A stretch of DNA of 64,000 nt, taken from the NCBI GenBank assembly GCA_964234715.1, contig OZ174277.1. The stretch is one strand, 5' to 3'. The stretch comes from Podarcis melisellensis. Lineage: Eukaryota. The notes beneath the pieces were generated by a model, which saw nothing but the letters and a program-made list of their open reading frames with translations, did no database searches and was not told where the DNA came from. Below are positions 39,310 to 52,540 of the stretch, in pieces. Within the stretch, counting starts at the first letter, position 1. The number at the start of each line of letters is the position of its first letter. The position numbers and the translations under genes were made by a program.

Positions 39310-39548
39310 GAGTGGTACCTCTGGTTGCGAACGGGATCCGTTCTGGAGGCCCGTTTGCAACATGAAAAGAGTGCAACCCACAGCAGCGCATCTGCACATG
39401 TGCAGGTTGAGATTTGACGTTATTTTGCGCTTCTGCGCATGCACGAGCGGTGAAACCCGGAAGTAACCCTTTCCGGTACTTCCGGGTCGCCACGGGATGT
39501 AACCTGAAAGAACATAACATGAAGCAGACATAACATGAGGTATGACTG
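39310..39548. mobile_element. Tigger/pogo-like MITE with asymmetric TIR tips
   Basis: TA|gagtggtacctc ... gaggtatgactg|TA; internal ccggaagta..tacttccgg palindrome. Confidence 0.82.
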
Positions 39549-39717
39549 TACTTATTCATGGATAACAACCAAAGCTAAGAAAAATCGCCATCCGAGACAT
39601 CCCATTTCTGCAACATTTCTGCAACCTTCACTTACCAACTACTAAAGTTAGTTACCATGTAACTTCTCCGTATCAGTTTACCTTCAAATGATCATATGGT
39701 GCCACCCTTGAATACTT

Positions 39718-39790
39718 ACAATCATAGAGTTGGAAGAGACTCTGAATGTCATCTAGTCCAAGCCCCTGCAATGCAGGAATATGCAGCTGC
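39718..39790 (-). mobile_element. CR1 3' end remnant
   Basis: aatcatagagttggaagagac..gtcatctagtccaagcccctgcaatgcaggaat; a plus-orientation remnant of the same motif lies near 22420-22462. Confidence 0.6.
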
Positions 39791-41733
39791 CTCATACAGT
39801 GTTCAAATTAAGTTCTTTAGCACTCAGATCAGAAAGAATGGGGAAGGAGAAGAAGCACACTTTGGGTACTTCAGATTAGTATCACTGCCAATTAACATAC
39901 ATTAAATAAAAATGGAAATTCATGTTAAAAGGAGCTAGATGTGCATGTAAGCACAGGACTGCCTCATTTAGAGCACTATATTCAAAGTTAGTGTCATAAT
40001 AAATAATGTTTTGCTGTGCATAGCATCATTATATAGCCCTTAAGGAATTGAATCTTTATTGGAGAAATCCTCAGGTAATTTAACTGGTGCTTGAAATATT
40101 AGGGGGGAAATCAAATAAAATATCCATTGTACATTGCTCAAACTACAGAAGGAAGACACAAATGAAAACAGAATAATGATAATAGCATAGAGTAAGGTTT
40201 GAATTCCTTTTCAAAATGCCATTTTGTCATTTTATAGTACACATTTATTGTTTATTGACAGTAACAGTAAAACCACTTTTTCCATCAGATACTGCTGATG
40301 AAATGAGACATCGCTTTTACACTTATCTTCAATACCGAAACAAAGAAAGGAATTCTAAGGCACTGTTATGGAAATATTACATAATAGCTGCACATCAGGA
40401 GTCAAGAACTAACAGACTGGCAGCAAATCCAACCCCCTTCCACAACTTCCAACCAACAGATAAAAGACAGGAATAGATTGGTGATGTCTGTGACAGGACT
40501 TTGTAACTTTTTGTTTTGGGGTTTAGGGTTTCTTGCTTCACATTCAGTACACCAAACTTGTGGAGCTTGAATCCATGCATTAGCTACAGACTCCTAACTT
40601 TGCCATCACAGGAAAAGTGAGACACATCCCGGGAAAGTGCAGTCAGTTAATACAGGGTGCTGAAGAGAGGTTTCTAGAAGCACAGGCATGGCCCTCCATT
40701 GTTTGTTTATTTGTTTGTTTTTGTTTGTTTGTTTGTCTGTGTCAGGACAAGTCTTTGGGACCAAGGTCACCTGATGGCTTTGCCTTTCCTATGCTTTCTT
40801 GACAAGTGATTCAGAACTCTCCAGAAAGGCAAAGGACACAATTCACTGGAAAATCATCCAGTACGCATCCCAATGAAATTAGGAGTGGGTAATCACATCA
40901 AGATTCTACATTTAAAAGAGGCTCACTCAGTAAAAGATAGCAAAAGCAATATACATATTTTTCTTGTAGGTGTCTGCATAAATAATCTCTTCCAATGGGT
41001 AAAGAAAGCCACTAGAACACTTCTACTCATAAGTGAGATACATTTTCTGTTGAAGAAAGGAGAGACTTCAATAAGCAGGAGGAGGAATTTTGAAATATGG
41101 GTGGTTTCACATTATAGCTCTCTGTTGAATTTCTGGGTGGTTTGAAGCTCATGTGAAGTTATAATCCCCACAATGGGAATAATTAAAATATCTGCTTCTT
41201 TTCTTGTTCTAGTTGACTGAAGATAGCATCACAAATATATATACAAGAACTAAGGCAATTTAAAAGAAGAAATTAAAAGTGACCATAAAAGATTAAACAT
41301 GGTGGGTGTAGAATGCTGAAACTTCTGCAAAAAGTAAAAGAAATTTCATTGCAGGGATTTTAATTTTCTTTCAGAATATGAACATGTCAACAATTGGGAG
41401 GAAAGTCTGTAAAGGACTGGGAAGATATGCTAACATAATGACCAGAAATCATTATTACATATTAATTTATATTAAATATTAATTCTACCCCGAATCCTGC
41501 CTCTTGTTGCATGAACAGGAAGGGAAACGTGTTTTCTTCCTGGTAACAACCCTATCCTACTTCTCCATATAAAAGGGAACTTGCTGCTATTGGGAAAAAT
41601 CAAAGAGGGAGAGAACTGTATTTCCCCTTCAAGTGTTTTCCTGGTTAGAATCTCTTACTTGCCCTGCCTACTGAGCTGGGCCAGCCTTGATCATATCATG
41701 GTAACTTCTGTCAACAGAGAGCATAACCTCTTT

Positions 41734-41927
41734 CACATAGGTCACATAGGAAGCTGCTATATTTTGAGTCAGACCATTAGTCTTCCTGGCTCAGTACTTT
41801 TTGCAGCGGTTCTCCAAGATTTCAGACAGAGTTCCCTCCTGACATTATTTGGAGACTCCAGCGACTGAACCTGGGACCTTTTGCATGCAAAGTCTATCCT
41901 CTCCTACTGAGCACACTGCCCTTCCCC
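41734..41927 (-). mobile_element. Old tRNA-derived SINE with CR1-like 3' tail
   Basis: Minus-strand head ggggaagggcagtgtgctcagtagg...ttgcatgcaaaaggtcccaggttcag (A and B boxes); tail ..gcagcttcctatgt. Related decayed copies near 12590-12690, 50000-50152 and 56660-56835. Confidence 0.65.
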
Positions 41928-44900
41928 TATCAGTGGGAACAATTGCTTTGCCATATGAACAAACAGCAAGTGATGAGCTTCATAGTGAAACATAGCTCTC
42001 ATTCTGTATATGATAACAAATACATCAAATTGGATACTGTGGAGGCAGACCTGTCTCTAAACAGAATATTTTTTTTAAAAAAAAATAACCCATGCTTTAC
42101 CAAGGAGGAAGGGAGACAGGGACGCTGAAATTGCCCGTGCAGCACATAAGCTTAACCGGATGAATCATTGAGCAACAAAGAAAAAATGCTAAGAGAACTG
42201 CAGTGGAGACAGAGAAATGCTGAGCATAGCATCCACAGGAGATAGTATAATCCATATGAGAGAGAAGGACAGGGCAAGAGCAGCTCACTGGAAAGTCACC
42301 AAAAGTCAGAGGTGAGCTGATACGGTGTGCATTCCAACAAGTCATTTTATTCTACAAAAAGGCTTTGAATAATATTTTTTCCACTTCTTATTTTTTAGCC
42401 ACCACCATGATTTTTCTTCCTGCTTATACTTTTATCTCCCGTAATCGCAGATCTAATGGTTTGTAAGTCTTTTGCTACCCCTATGATACAAATAACACCT
42501 TTGTGGGAATGAAATTCAATCCTGGTGTTCTCATATTCAAGCTGTGTTGCATTCGGAATAACCAGAGAAGAATTCATTCTAAGTCACCAACATATAAAAT
42601 GGCTTTGCAAAATGTGCTGAATATAATATTACCTGTTCATCTTCCAAGGGTCGCCATCCATCAGACTTAGTCCTGCGGTAGAGGCTGACTGAACAAAGCT
42701 TTTCAAAAAAAAACATCATCATCAAATCTAAATGAAAACAACAGAGTCCTGTAGAACCTTGAAGACTAACAAATTTAATCTTCTATCAACTAGGTGCACT
42801 TCATCAGACACATGATATGTTAGTTTGATTTACAGGTATATATTATACACTTGGCTTCAGTATACAAAGCATTCTACAGTTCACCTTTACAACTGTCCTG
42901 TGAAATAGGCAAGGCAGAATTATAATAGTTTGTCCAAGCCAAACAGCAGCTCAGTAGAGATTTCAACCTGGGTTTCCTCTGTCCAGAACAAAACACTACT
43001 AACAAAGTAAACTATTACTTTGTTTACTTGCTATATTATGTGCACTTCCTAGATCTCAGGGGAGTGTATGACTGAAATAAACAAAAAAAAAATCCAAATT
43101 TAAAACCTACAGAACATTCATAAATCTAAGAGGAAAGTAGTACAAACCAATATTTGGTAATGATGTTCTAGACATTTGCGTGTGAGTCTGCATGCCCTAC
43201 CAAGCTTTTTTTATGCCCCTACCAAGGGAGATTTGTAATAAATCTAAGAGGAAGTTAATCCTTTGGAGAACCTGGGCAAAGTCCCCTCAAAACCTCTTGC
43301 CCTAGGAACTATCAAAAGGTATATTACTGATTTCTTATGCTTGAGGGATCATCTGTGCCTCTGTGAACACAATTACTACTGGAGAAGGACCATCACAAAA
43401 TGGTTGAGTACATGGTCATTACTAGTCACAAGGAAGCTCCCTAGTCTGTTTGGAATGTGCTTGATTCACACTACTTAACTTTGAGCTCAGTTTGATTTGG
43501 GCCACATAAACTTGATTTAGGCTCAAACCAGAGAGCTCCACTTTGCTGTAGCTCTCACCTTCTTTCCTCAAACTTACTCTGGCATGGGGCAGGGGGATAA
43601 CAAAGCCTCAAGACTAACAAGCTGTATATCTCCATGAGTGCTTCCCTCCAGCAACAGGAACACCCAGGCCTGGACTTAAGGCTACTACAGCTGCAAGGCT
43701 TTCCACTTTTTTTCACACAAGTTTCAGAAGAGGGTTTAGAGGCAGAGAAATCTCGTGTTGAGGAGCTTTATATGATATAGCATTGAGCTCACTGCAAACT
43801 GAGCCTGAAGCAAAGAAGGGTTTGACCCTGGTTTCTAGTTTACTCTGGAGCCCAACCCCCCCACACACCACTGCATTACAAAATATGGCACTTGCCATTA
43901 CACCAATCTCCATGTTTATCTGAAAGTTTTCTGCATGCCTACCAACTGTAATGTTCACTGTTTGGGCCTAATCTCCCAAACAAGTTATGGAAGAACCCTT
44001 AAAGGTATAATCTAATTTCCACTTACATCAACCACCATACTTCACACTAACCAAGTAAGCCACAATCTGGAATCACTGCAGATGTGGTGAAGAGCTCTAA
44101 AGATCCTGCCTGTCAAGGTCAGTAGGAGGAGTCAACCCGATTAAGGAATATCCTCATCCCTTTTTTGGCGAAGATGCTTGTGAATCATGACCAGACCAGA
44201 GGCCCTAAAACTGCGTCACAATTTTCTCCATGTATTGTTTCTTGTGTTCTATTCCAGCATTCTCATCAAACAGTAATGGAAGTGTGACACAGACTAATCT
44301 ATGCATCCAGAAATATCAAGACTTCTAAGAAAAATGAGTTTAATTCTGTAGTAGACTGTTTGCTGTAATTTCTTTCCATTAAAGGAATGCCGTACAGTAC
44401 AATCCAAGCTGATTCTAATCGTATCTTTTTGTGGGGGTGCAGACATGTTCCAGATAACTGGACTGTGGATAATGGGAATTCTACTACATCAGCACTGACT
44501 GGATACTCAAAATACTTGGCCTGATAGGCCATCTGTCTGCCTTATTAAATTATTTCTGTATTCTTATCTATAGACTTTCATGCTTATAAACAGGGTCATG
44601 AGCTAAAACAGTTCAATTATCGTTTCTGTGAATACACTTCAGTTTATATTCAGTTTATACTCCACACTATGCCTGTCATACTTCCAAATCATTTGGCCAT
44701 TTAACGTACTGTTGCTTGCTGAGCCCAACATTTTTATTACTCCCAAATATATGTAGAATTGTCATCTTCACAAGCATTTGTGTGAATTCATATTTGCATT
44801 GAAACCTATGTAGCACGTCAACTTAAAACAGCCACAGAAATATTTGAGACTTTTCTTACAGATTTATTCATGAAAAGCAAAAATAAGAGATGCATGGATG

Positions 44901-47694
44901 CAAATGGTAGTCTAGCTTTTTTGACTCATTTTTTTTACTAGGTTTTAGTTTTTGTTGCAGCCCACATTCTATATCAATGGTTCTCACAACATAACAATGG
45001 CTTTTCATCCACTTCAACTTTCATGCACATCCAAATAGAATCTCTATCTGTGTGTGTATGACTGGATCGCCTGGCATAGTTTTCTTGTCCTTAAAGCAGG
45101 CATGGGAGGAGTCAATTTAGATTGGGTTTGTAGAATATAAAAAAATGTCCCTATACTGATTACCCTTTATCCCTATACTGATTGCCCAATCAAATAGTCT
45201 TCTTCTAGAGTGGCTATTAGTTACAGAGGGGAAACATATAGACACAATGTGAATAATCATTAATCATTAAAATTAAGTAATAAGTCTCCAAAGAAATGGG
45301 GGTGCATTACTACTTTTAAGAAAACTAAATTGGGAAATCCAATCACAAATGTCTTGCAGAATATGCAGTTTAGATGAAGATCAAGATAATTAAAGATGCT
45401 GAAGACAACATACTAATTTTTTATTTGCTAGCTATCTGAATTTTAGGAACTGATTAAAAATACTGTTCCTCAAAACAGAAAAGGAGATGGAGAAAACCAT
45501 CCAGAAAACACCACTAGCCCAACCCATTTCCAAGAAACCCAGTATTCAGTTGGATGGTGATTCTAATTTATTTATGCATCTTCCAAATTTAGAAAAGGGG
45601 CTATTGCTCAAGTGTCAAAAGGGCACAGCACCCTCCCTGTGTCAGTGTTAACTGTTTGACAGCCAATGAATAACTGTCGCACTTTCACAGAGTATTAACT
45701 ACATATATTCAATTCTGTGTGCAAAATTCAATTCTTTGTGTGTGTCAACAAACAGTCTAAGTCAATTAGGCAGAAGCTTTTTGTGGCAGGCTGTTTCACC
45801 TTTTCTATCTGCAAACAAGATTAAACACAAAATAACTCAATTTAAAACGCATACACATTGTAAACCCTAATTGCTTACCATTTTAGCAACCAAATCTGGA
45901 ATATGTATACTGGAGTAATCATTTGCCACAAACAGCAGTGCCTCCAGTTACTGCTGTCTCACTCCTTGCTTGCATAAAAAAGTGAACTTGTACCAGTCTG
46001 AAATGCAAGAGGGATTCCACCTTATCAAAACTGGGAGTGGTTTTTTAAATAACCACCTTGTTAAATTCCTTCTCATCTTTATTTTATAAGCTCTTCTTAC
46101 TGTTCATATAAATACTTAAAAGGTACCATATAATGAGGGATGAGCAATGCTTTAATGGTGGACAACTTGCTTTGCACATGTAAGTCTCGCCCTACGGGAT
46201 CAGTCCACCAGCTCTCTTTTGTTTTTAAAAGGATCTCCAGCGGTACAGCTGTGAAATGCCTCTGCCAAACACCCTGTAAAGTCAATCAGAATATACAGTA
46301 CAAGATTGGATGGATCAGTGGCCCAACCAAATATTATGCAGCTCCTATCCTAATAACCAGGAATCCTTGAGCTAAAAGTGTGGAAGAGAACACATACCAG
46401 TTCCTGGGATGAGAAAATGTGAATTCTGCCATTGGAATGAGTTATGTATATTTACTGAATTTACAAGCTCTGTTTTCCTAGTATTTCTAATAATATTTGG
46501 CAAACTGCATCAGAACCAATGACACCAACTATAACCTAATTAATACAGAGTGTAATGTAGCAAGATTCATTTTCTAACAGAACTTACAAATTAAAATATT
46601 GTGCCTTTTTCAAAATCATTCTAGAGGTTCGGAGATATAATTTTTAATATGTGTATGACTTTAAACCTTGGTGCTCTGAATAATAAGCTAAATTCAATTC
46701 AAACTGTTTCATTTTCAGGACTTAAATCTGGGCACTCCTTAAACTTCTCGCAATAAATATATGTCATGAACTCTTTCAAGAGGAGAAAGTTAATTATATT
46801 TGAAATTCCAGAGGTCTCTGCAAATAGTTTCAAGGCTTTAATCTCATCTTTATTTGACAGGAAAGCAATAACAACATAGACTTTCTCCTAAGCACCTGAA
46901 AGCGGAAAGGAACAACCAGTAAAGGACACATGACGGCACTATGAAAAGTCTTTGTATCTTTTCCATTAACTTTGCTGAGCTTTCCTAAATGACTAAAATG
47001 GCTTTGTAAAAGAAAACTCAATAAAATCTGCTTTTTAGGGGTGCAGGGAGAAGCCAGACACAGTAGCAGAGATTATCAGCTAGAAGAGAAAGAGTACCTA
47101 TTCAGCTCTGCATAATGTGATTACTGTTGGTGGATGAACAAAGAAGAAAACTCCTTTGCATAGACAGGTGTTTTAAGAATGTGTCCATACTTCCCAAGTT
47201 TTTTTTACCTCATGATGGCCTTCACTTTTCCCAGCTCTACCAACCATCCAAATTCTCCCTTGCAGTCCACTAGATCTATAACTTGCTTCCCAAAAGTGTC
47301 TACACTGCCTCTCCCCTCCCTTCTCTACATTCTCTCCACAAAATCCACCTTTTCGGTGAAGACACATGGGTTGCCTTAAATCCATTAGTCCTCACCATCA
47401 AGCCAAACAAAACCTGTTCGCAAAACTTGCATTTGATTATTGCGGAAAAGGCGTTCCTTGTTTTACTTGCAAGCTCTGTCTGATCTGCATGCTGCTTCTG
47501 TGGGCTCAAATAGGCAGACAATTGTAATAGATGAGTTGTCCCTAAATCATAATCTTCTTCTATTAGGGAAGTCTTTTCTGCATCTTTTGAAAGCTAGCTA
47601 TGAATAATATATTACTATATATCTTTGGTTGACAGATACGCCCGTTAGTTCCAGAGACTGGTCTTAAAAAGATTTTGAACTATTAAGCAATGAA

Positions 47695-47960
47695 ATCTTA
47701 AGAACTGCTATTCTGCAACAGATCAAAGGGTCCATTTAGCCAGAAAAAAATGTCAGATTGCATCAGAAAGCTCAGAAACCGGGTTTGAGTTTGATAGCCA
47801 TTTATTCTTACTTGCCCTCAGCATGTGGCAATCAAAAGTGCACTGCATATCGATCTATAATGAATTCATCTAACCTCTTTTTTTATTAAAAAGCCATTGA
47901 GCCTGGCGCCTATCACTGTAGCTTGTGAACATGAAGCCAAAAAGCCAATTATGTAGTACA
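47695..47960 (-). mobile_element. Decayed CR1 3' fragment
   Basis: taagaactgctattctgcaacagatcaaagggtccatttagcc ... atgaattcatctaacctcttt..aaagccat. Confidence 0.5.
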
Positions 47961-49265
47961 GAAAAAATACTCCGTTTTGAGGGGGACTAGAATCCAACTG
48001 CCCAGTTATTTCAATGTGATGAATCCAAATTTCTCTCCCTTTTTCTCTCTCCATATAGTTTATAAACCTTTTTCAGAGAAACATTTGGAAACATTGCTGT
48101 AGTCTGTGCTAGAGGCTTGAATGTGAAGGCCGCCGCCACTCACCGCTAAAAACACCTTAAAATAACCTTCGATTGCAGACTTAGAACTGGGATGGAGGCG
48201 GCGCTTTATTATTCATTTTAACAACACATTCCTGCACTCCATTCCGTATCGGCTGCAAAAATAGCTCATGAGTCAAAGTCGACAAAGAATAAGATAAGAA
48301 TCAGAGTGACCTTGGCTTGAAAGAAGGTACTATAATACATAACAATGTATGGATCAATGACTGGCATTTGCAGAGCTCTGATACAGGTAAATCGATACGG
48401 TGAATTTGGAAATATATGAAAGAATAACCATACAACAATGACTAATATGACACTTTTTTCATTACTAACAAACAAAATGGAGAGTCATACTATGGGGACA
48501 AATGGGTGCATAATTCAATACATTGCACCAAATAAGTGCTGAAACAAATTGTTGTCCCAGAGAACTGTATTGATTCTTACAGAAAATAATATTTCACACA
48601 ACAAATATTTCATGCCATCATTCCACAGATCAGGAGAGAGCTTGACTCAGTTTGTGGAGGTTTTCGGCTACACATGCATGCTGCTGTACAGCTGTCTCAA
48701 GTCCAGAAAAACAAACAACTAGCATAGGTCAAGTAAAACGAATCTAGATTAATCCCAAGAGCATTTGTTTCCTTTCATACTAATGTCTGGAACTGTTTGA
48801 ATAAATTTTATATTAATTTCACCTGTACTGAGAGGACAAAGTTTCCAAGATGTATTTATGCAGCATTCTGGATGACGGCAATCCTTTCAATGCTTTCATT
48901 CTTCTCTATTTTATGTTCAGTCCTAATGCTATGAAGCAGCTTTGTAGAGTAAACATAACATAAATGCATCAATAGTTTCTGATCACAGTTTGAGTTTTTT
49001 GAGTTAGCATCCACCTGTCTTGGGAGACAACAGAGAAAACCTTTGGGGGTGAGGGCAATCTGTTGGACAGTTGCAGCTCCAGCTGTGGTTGCAGAGATCA
49101 ATGTGGGGGGGACATGTTTTGTTGAAGCTGGGACAGATGAAGGCATACGGTTGTGCTGCTGACGATGAACCATGGCATTTCTTCTCTCTATGCTCTTCCC
49201 AGCGGTCATTCCCCCTCTGGTCACTGCTTTAGATACACAACTTGACTGCCTGTATATCACATATA

Positions 49266-49491
49266 CAGTGGTACCTCGGGTTACATATGCTTCAGGTTAC
49301 AAACTCAGCTAACCCAGAAATAGTACCTCGGGTTAAGAACTTTGCTTCAGGATGAGAACAGAAATCATGCTCCGGCGGCGCAGCAGCAGCGGGAGGCCCC
49401 ATTAGCTAAAGTGGTGCTTCAGGTTAAGAACAGTTTCAGGTTAAGAACGGACCTCCGGAAGGAATTAAGTTCTTAACCCGAGGTACCACTG
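49266..49491. mobile_element. Tigger/pogo-like MITE, same subfamily as 15695 but inverted
   Basis: Same 18-bp TIRs; interior is the reverse complement of 15695-15920; left TA present, right flank reads ggta. Confidence 0.92.
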
Positions 49492-49703
49492 GGTAGCATA
49501 TGCCCAGTGTAAAAAGAAAAATGAGCCTTCGAGTCTTCTGAATGTGGACAAAAGCTGCAGAAGTGCAAAGCGCAACTTGAAGTAGATAAAATATGATGCT
49601 GATTACATTTACTTTCAAGATACATGTGAGGTCTTCATGACTGTCTCTCCAGAAATCTTGGAACGACCGAGTTGTTGTTCAGCTTAACTTGTAAACACCA
49701 CTA

Positions 49704-49954
49704 AGAGCCAGTGTGGTGTAGTGGTTAAGAGCGGTAGTCACGTAACCTGGGGAACCGGGTTCGCGTCTCCGCTCCTCCACATGCAGCTGCTGGGTGACCT
49801 TGGGCCAGTCACACTTCTTTGAAGTCTCTCAGCCCCACTCACCTCACAGAGTGTTTGTTGTGGGGGAGGAAGGGAAAGGGGTATGTTAGCCGCTTTGAGA
49901 CTCCTTAAAGGGAGTGAAAGATGGGATATCAAATCCAAACTCTTCTTCTTCTTC
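49704..49954 (+). mobile_element. tRNA-derived SINE, Squam3-like, with (CTT)n tail
   Basis: agagccagtgtggtgtagtggttaagagc...gatatcaaatccaaactcttcttcttcttc; near-identical inverted copy of 11781-12043. Confidence 0.9.
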
Positions 49955-52524
49955 ACAAGCAAATGATTACACACATGAACAAATGAAGCGACCATATACT
50001 CAGGCAGATCACTGGCAATTCTAGCCCAGAACTGAGCGACAGCAACTCTTAAGGGTCTCGGGCAGAAGCTTTTCCCAGCCTGGCCACCTGAGATCCTTTT
50101 AACCAGAGCTGTTGCCGTCATTTTGCATTCAAAACATGAGCTATGTCCCTTCTCTGGAGCGCCTATGTAAACCACATCACCACTGAGTGAATAGTAATGT
50201 GTGCACAAACACTAGAACTCCATCTCTGCATGTTGCCTGAGCAGCAGCAACACAAGCACAACAGATGACAGGATAAGTGCTAAGGGTAACACTTTTCCAG
50301 GAGCCATTACCAGCTGTTGCTTCCTGATGGGAAACAGCTGCCTAGGGTCTTTTCCTCAACTGCCAGTAAAGTGCTAATTGTATTTAAGAGTAAAAGAAAA
50401 GGCAGAGTCCAGGTGTTTTAAAAATAATATATATAAATAATTATTGGGGAAAGGAATGGTTGATAAACATAATGCTCCTAATCCACAAATAATCAAGGCA
50501 GAACAACAGTCTCCCCCTACCAACTTTCTCAAAATTCCTCCTCCACCACCAAGCTCATCAGAAACTTTGCCCTCTCCCTTGAAAATGAGAATAAATTGGT
50601 TCTGCCTCTAGCAACCTCCTTGGCCACGCCATCAGGCCCAGTAGTTTCCAGTCACCTCTGGCTGCCCTTCATCTCAAAAAAGTCGAGGGAAGTTAACAGT
50701 CATAATAAAAAAAAACAGCTCTTCAAAACACTCTTAAAATCACAATTAAACCCCAAAAATCCACAGCTACAACAGAGAGCAGAAAGCTGGGCAGATTACG
50801 CAGGTAACATCATGTTCATGTTTGTTCTGAAGGGGCCTACAGGAAAAAACAAGAGTTTAGCTGATGCCTGAGCATGGGGACAGGTAGCAAGTAAGGTCCA
50901 TACCTGGGGTGCCACCAAGCTAAGAATTGGTCTTCCTGTAAAAAGTTGCACTCCTGAGCTTAACAGGCCCAAGCAGGCAGGAAGGGAAAAAGCACAGGAA
51001 GAGGATGCTGGATATTATTGGAGGCTGGAATTAAAAAGTAACTCATCCACATAAATTGCACTCCAATTGCCCCAGTTGAAGGGGCCTCTGTGCTGCAGGG
51101 CGTGCAAGTAGAAGGGGCCTCCTTCAGTGCTGAAAGTGGTATCATATCCATTCTGACTCAGTGCTGCAATTTGATCGTCATATAAATATCCATAGCAGAT
51201 TCAAAATCAAAACATTGTTTGTTTTGATAATGCGGCCAGATAACCCTGAAGTGGTCCATTCATTGAGGAGTAGTCATTAGCCATTCACCAGCTGATCCAA
51301 GCCAAAGATGTTCAAAGGTGCTTTGGCACAAATGTTATTCTATTGCTCTCTCACGTCAATTGGCATTAGGAAACGCATTCTTGCTTAGAGGACCCAGAGT
51401 GCACTCACTTTGTACCTCCATCCACGTCGCCAAGGGCAGTGATGTTTCCACAATAAACTCACTTAACCAGTACTGTGATTGCAATATGGTCATTTTACGA
51501 CTTGGGTTCGTTTATTTTTGATACAAAGCCATTTCTTTTGCACTGCATGGTAGAGTAGAAATGTAATATTTTAAGGAACTGCTCGAGAAGCTTCTTTTAA
51601 AATTACTTCAGCGTTCAACAAGAGTAATTTAAGTGAGAAATGAGTTCTGCTGCCTAACTATAAACGAAGTTGCTCATGAAAAAAATGGGGTGCTATAATA
51701 GATATACAGTGCTGCCTATAGCAATCAGAGATGTGGCACAAGGTTAAAGATGGGTCATCCTGCCCCCACCAAAATAAATAAATAAAACACACATACTTAA
51801 GTAGGGTGGCCAAATGCAACAAAAAGAACACAGTACTAGGACCACTGAGATAGGCACACACACACCCTGCTAAATTGGGCTGTGACCCACTTCTCATTCT
51901 CAATCCCACCACTTGAAGACCATCACGGCTATGTATCCCTCTGTATCCAGTTGCAAATCGCTAACGTAATACAGGAAAGATTTTAAATCAAATAAGCAGA
52001 GGCTTCTTTCCAACACCATCTCAGATTTTTCTACACTGCAGTCGTTTCCAAAAAGTCACCCAATAGGGTAACCTGATTTTAAACTAGTCATTTCCTTCCC
52101 TGAAATTGTGTGAGCCTGATCACAAAGAACTGCAAATAGATAGCGTATGAATAACCAGTAAAATATTAAAGATTTAAAAGGCAACACCCCCATTACCCAT
52201 TCTCATCTATTATTGCTAAGATGACAGTGTTATTGCAAGGTGGATATTAAGGCAGAATCAACACCAAAATATACTGTAATTTGAAACAAAAGATCATTGT
52301 TCTGAAAAACGGGCCTTCAAAAGACAGAAGCAGCCCAATATCAAAGAGGAGTGTAATGGTGAAGATGTATCTGTTATTTCTCTCAGTCTCCTCCCCCCCC
52401 CCCATTCTGCAGGAATCAAAGCTAGCTATTTGAACTTAATAAATGAGCTCCCACTTTGAAGTTTTATGTGAAAAGTGCACCAGTAATCTGCAAATAATCT
52501 TGGGTTGCTTCTATAGCGTTACAA

Positions 52525-52540
52525 CACTGCCCCCTGGTGG
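52525..52540 (-). promoter_or_regulatory. CTCF-binding motif
   Basis: Minus strand CCACCAGGGGGCAGTG matches the CTCF core consensus CCASYAGRKGGCRS; not in a recognisable repeat. Confidence 0.7.

Noticed and set aside
41850-41927. tRNA-like sequence with A/B boxes
   Set aside because: It is the head of a decayed SINE continuing into a CR1-like tail, not an intact tRNA.
48856-49260. 134-aa minus-strand ORF
   Set aside because: No homology recognised, non-ATG start and no splice context; consistent with a chance ORF.
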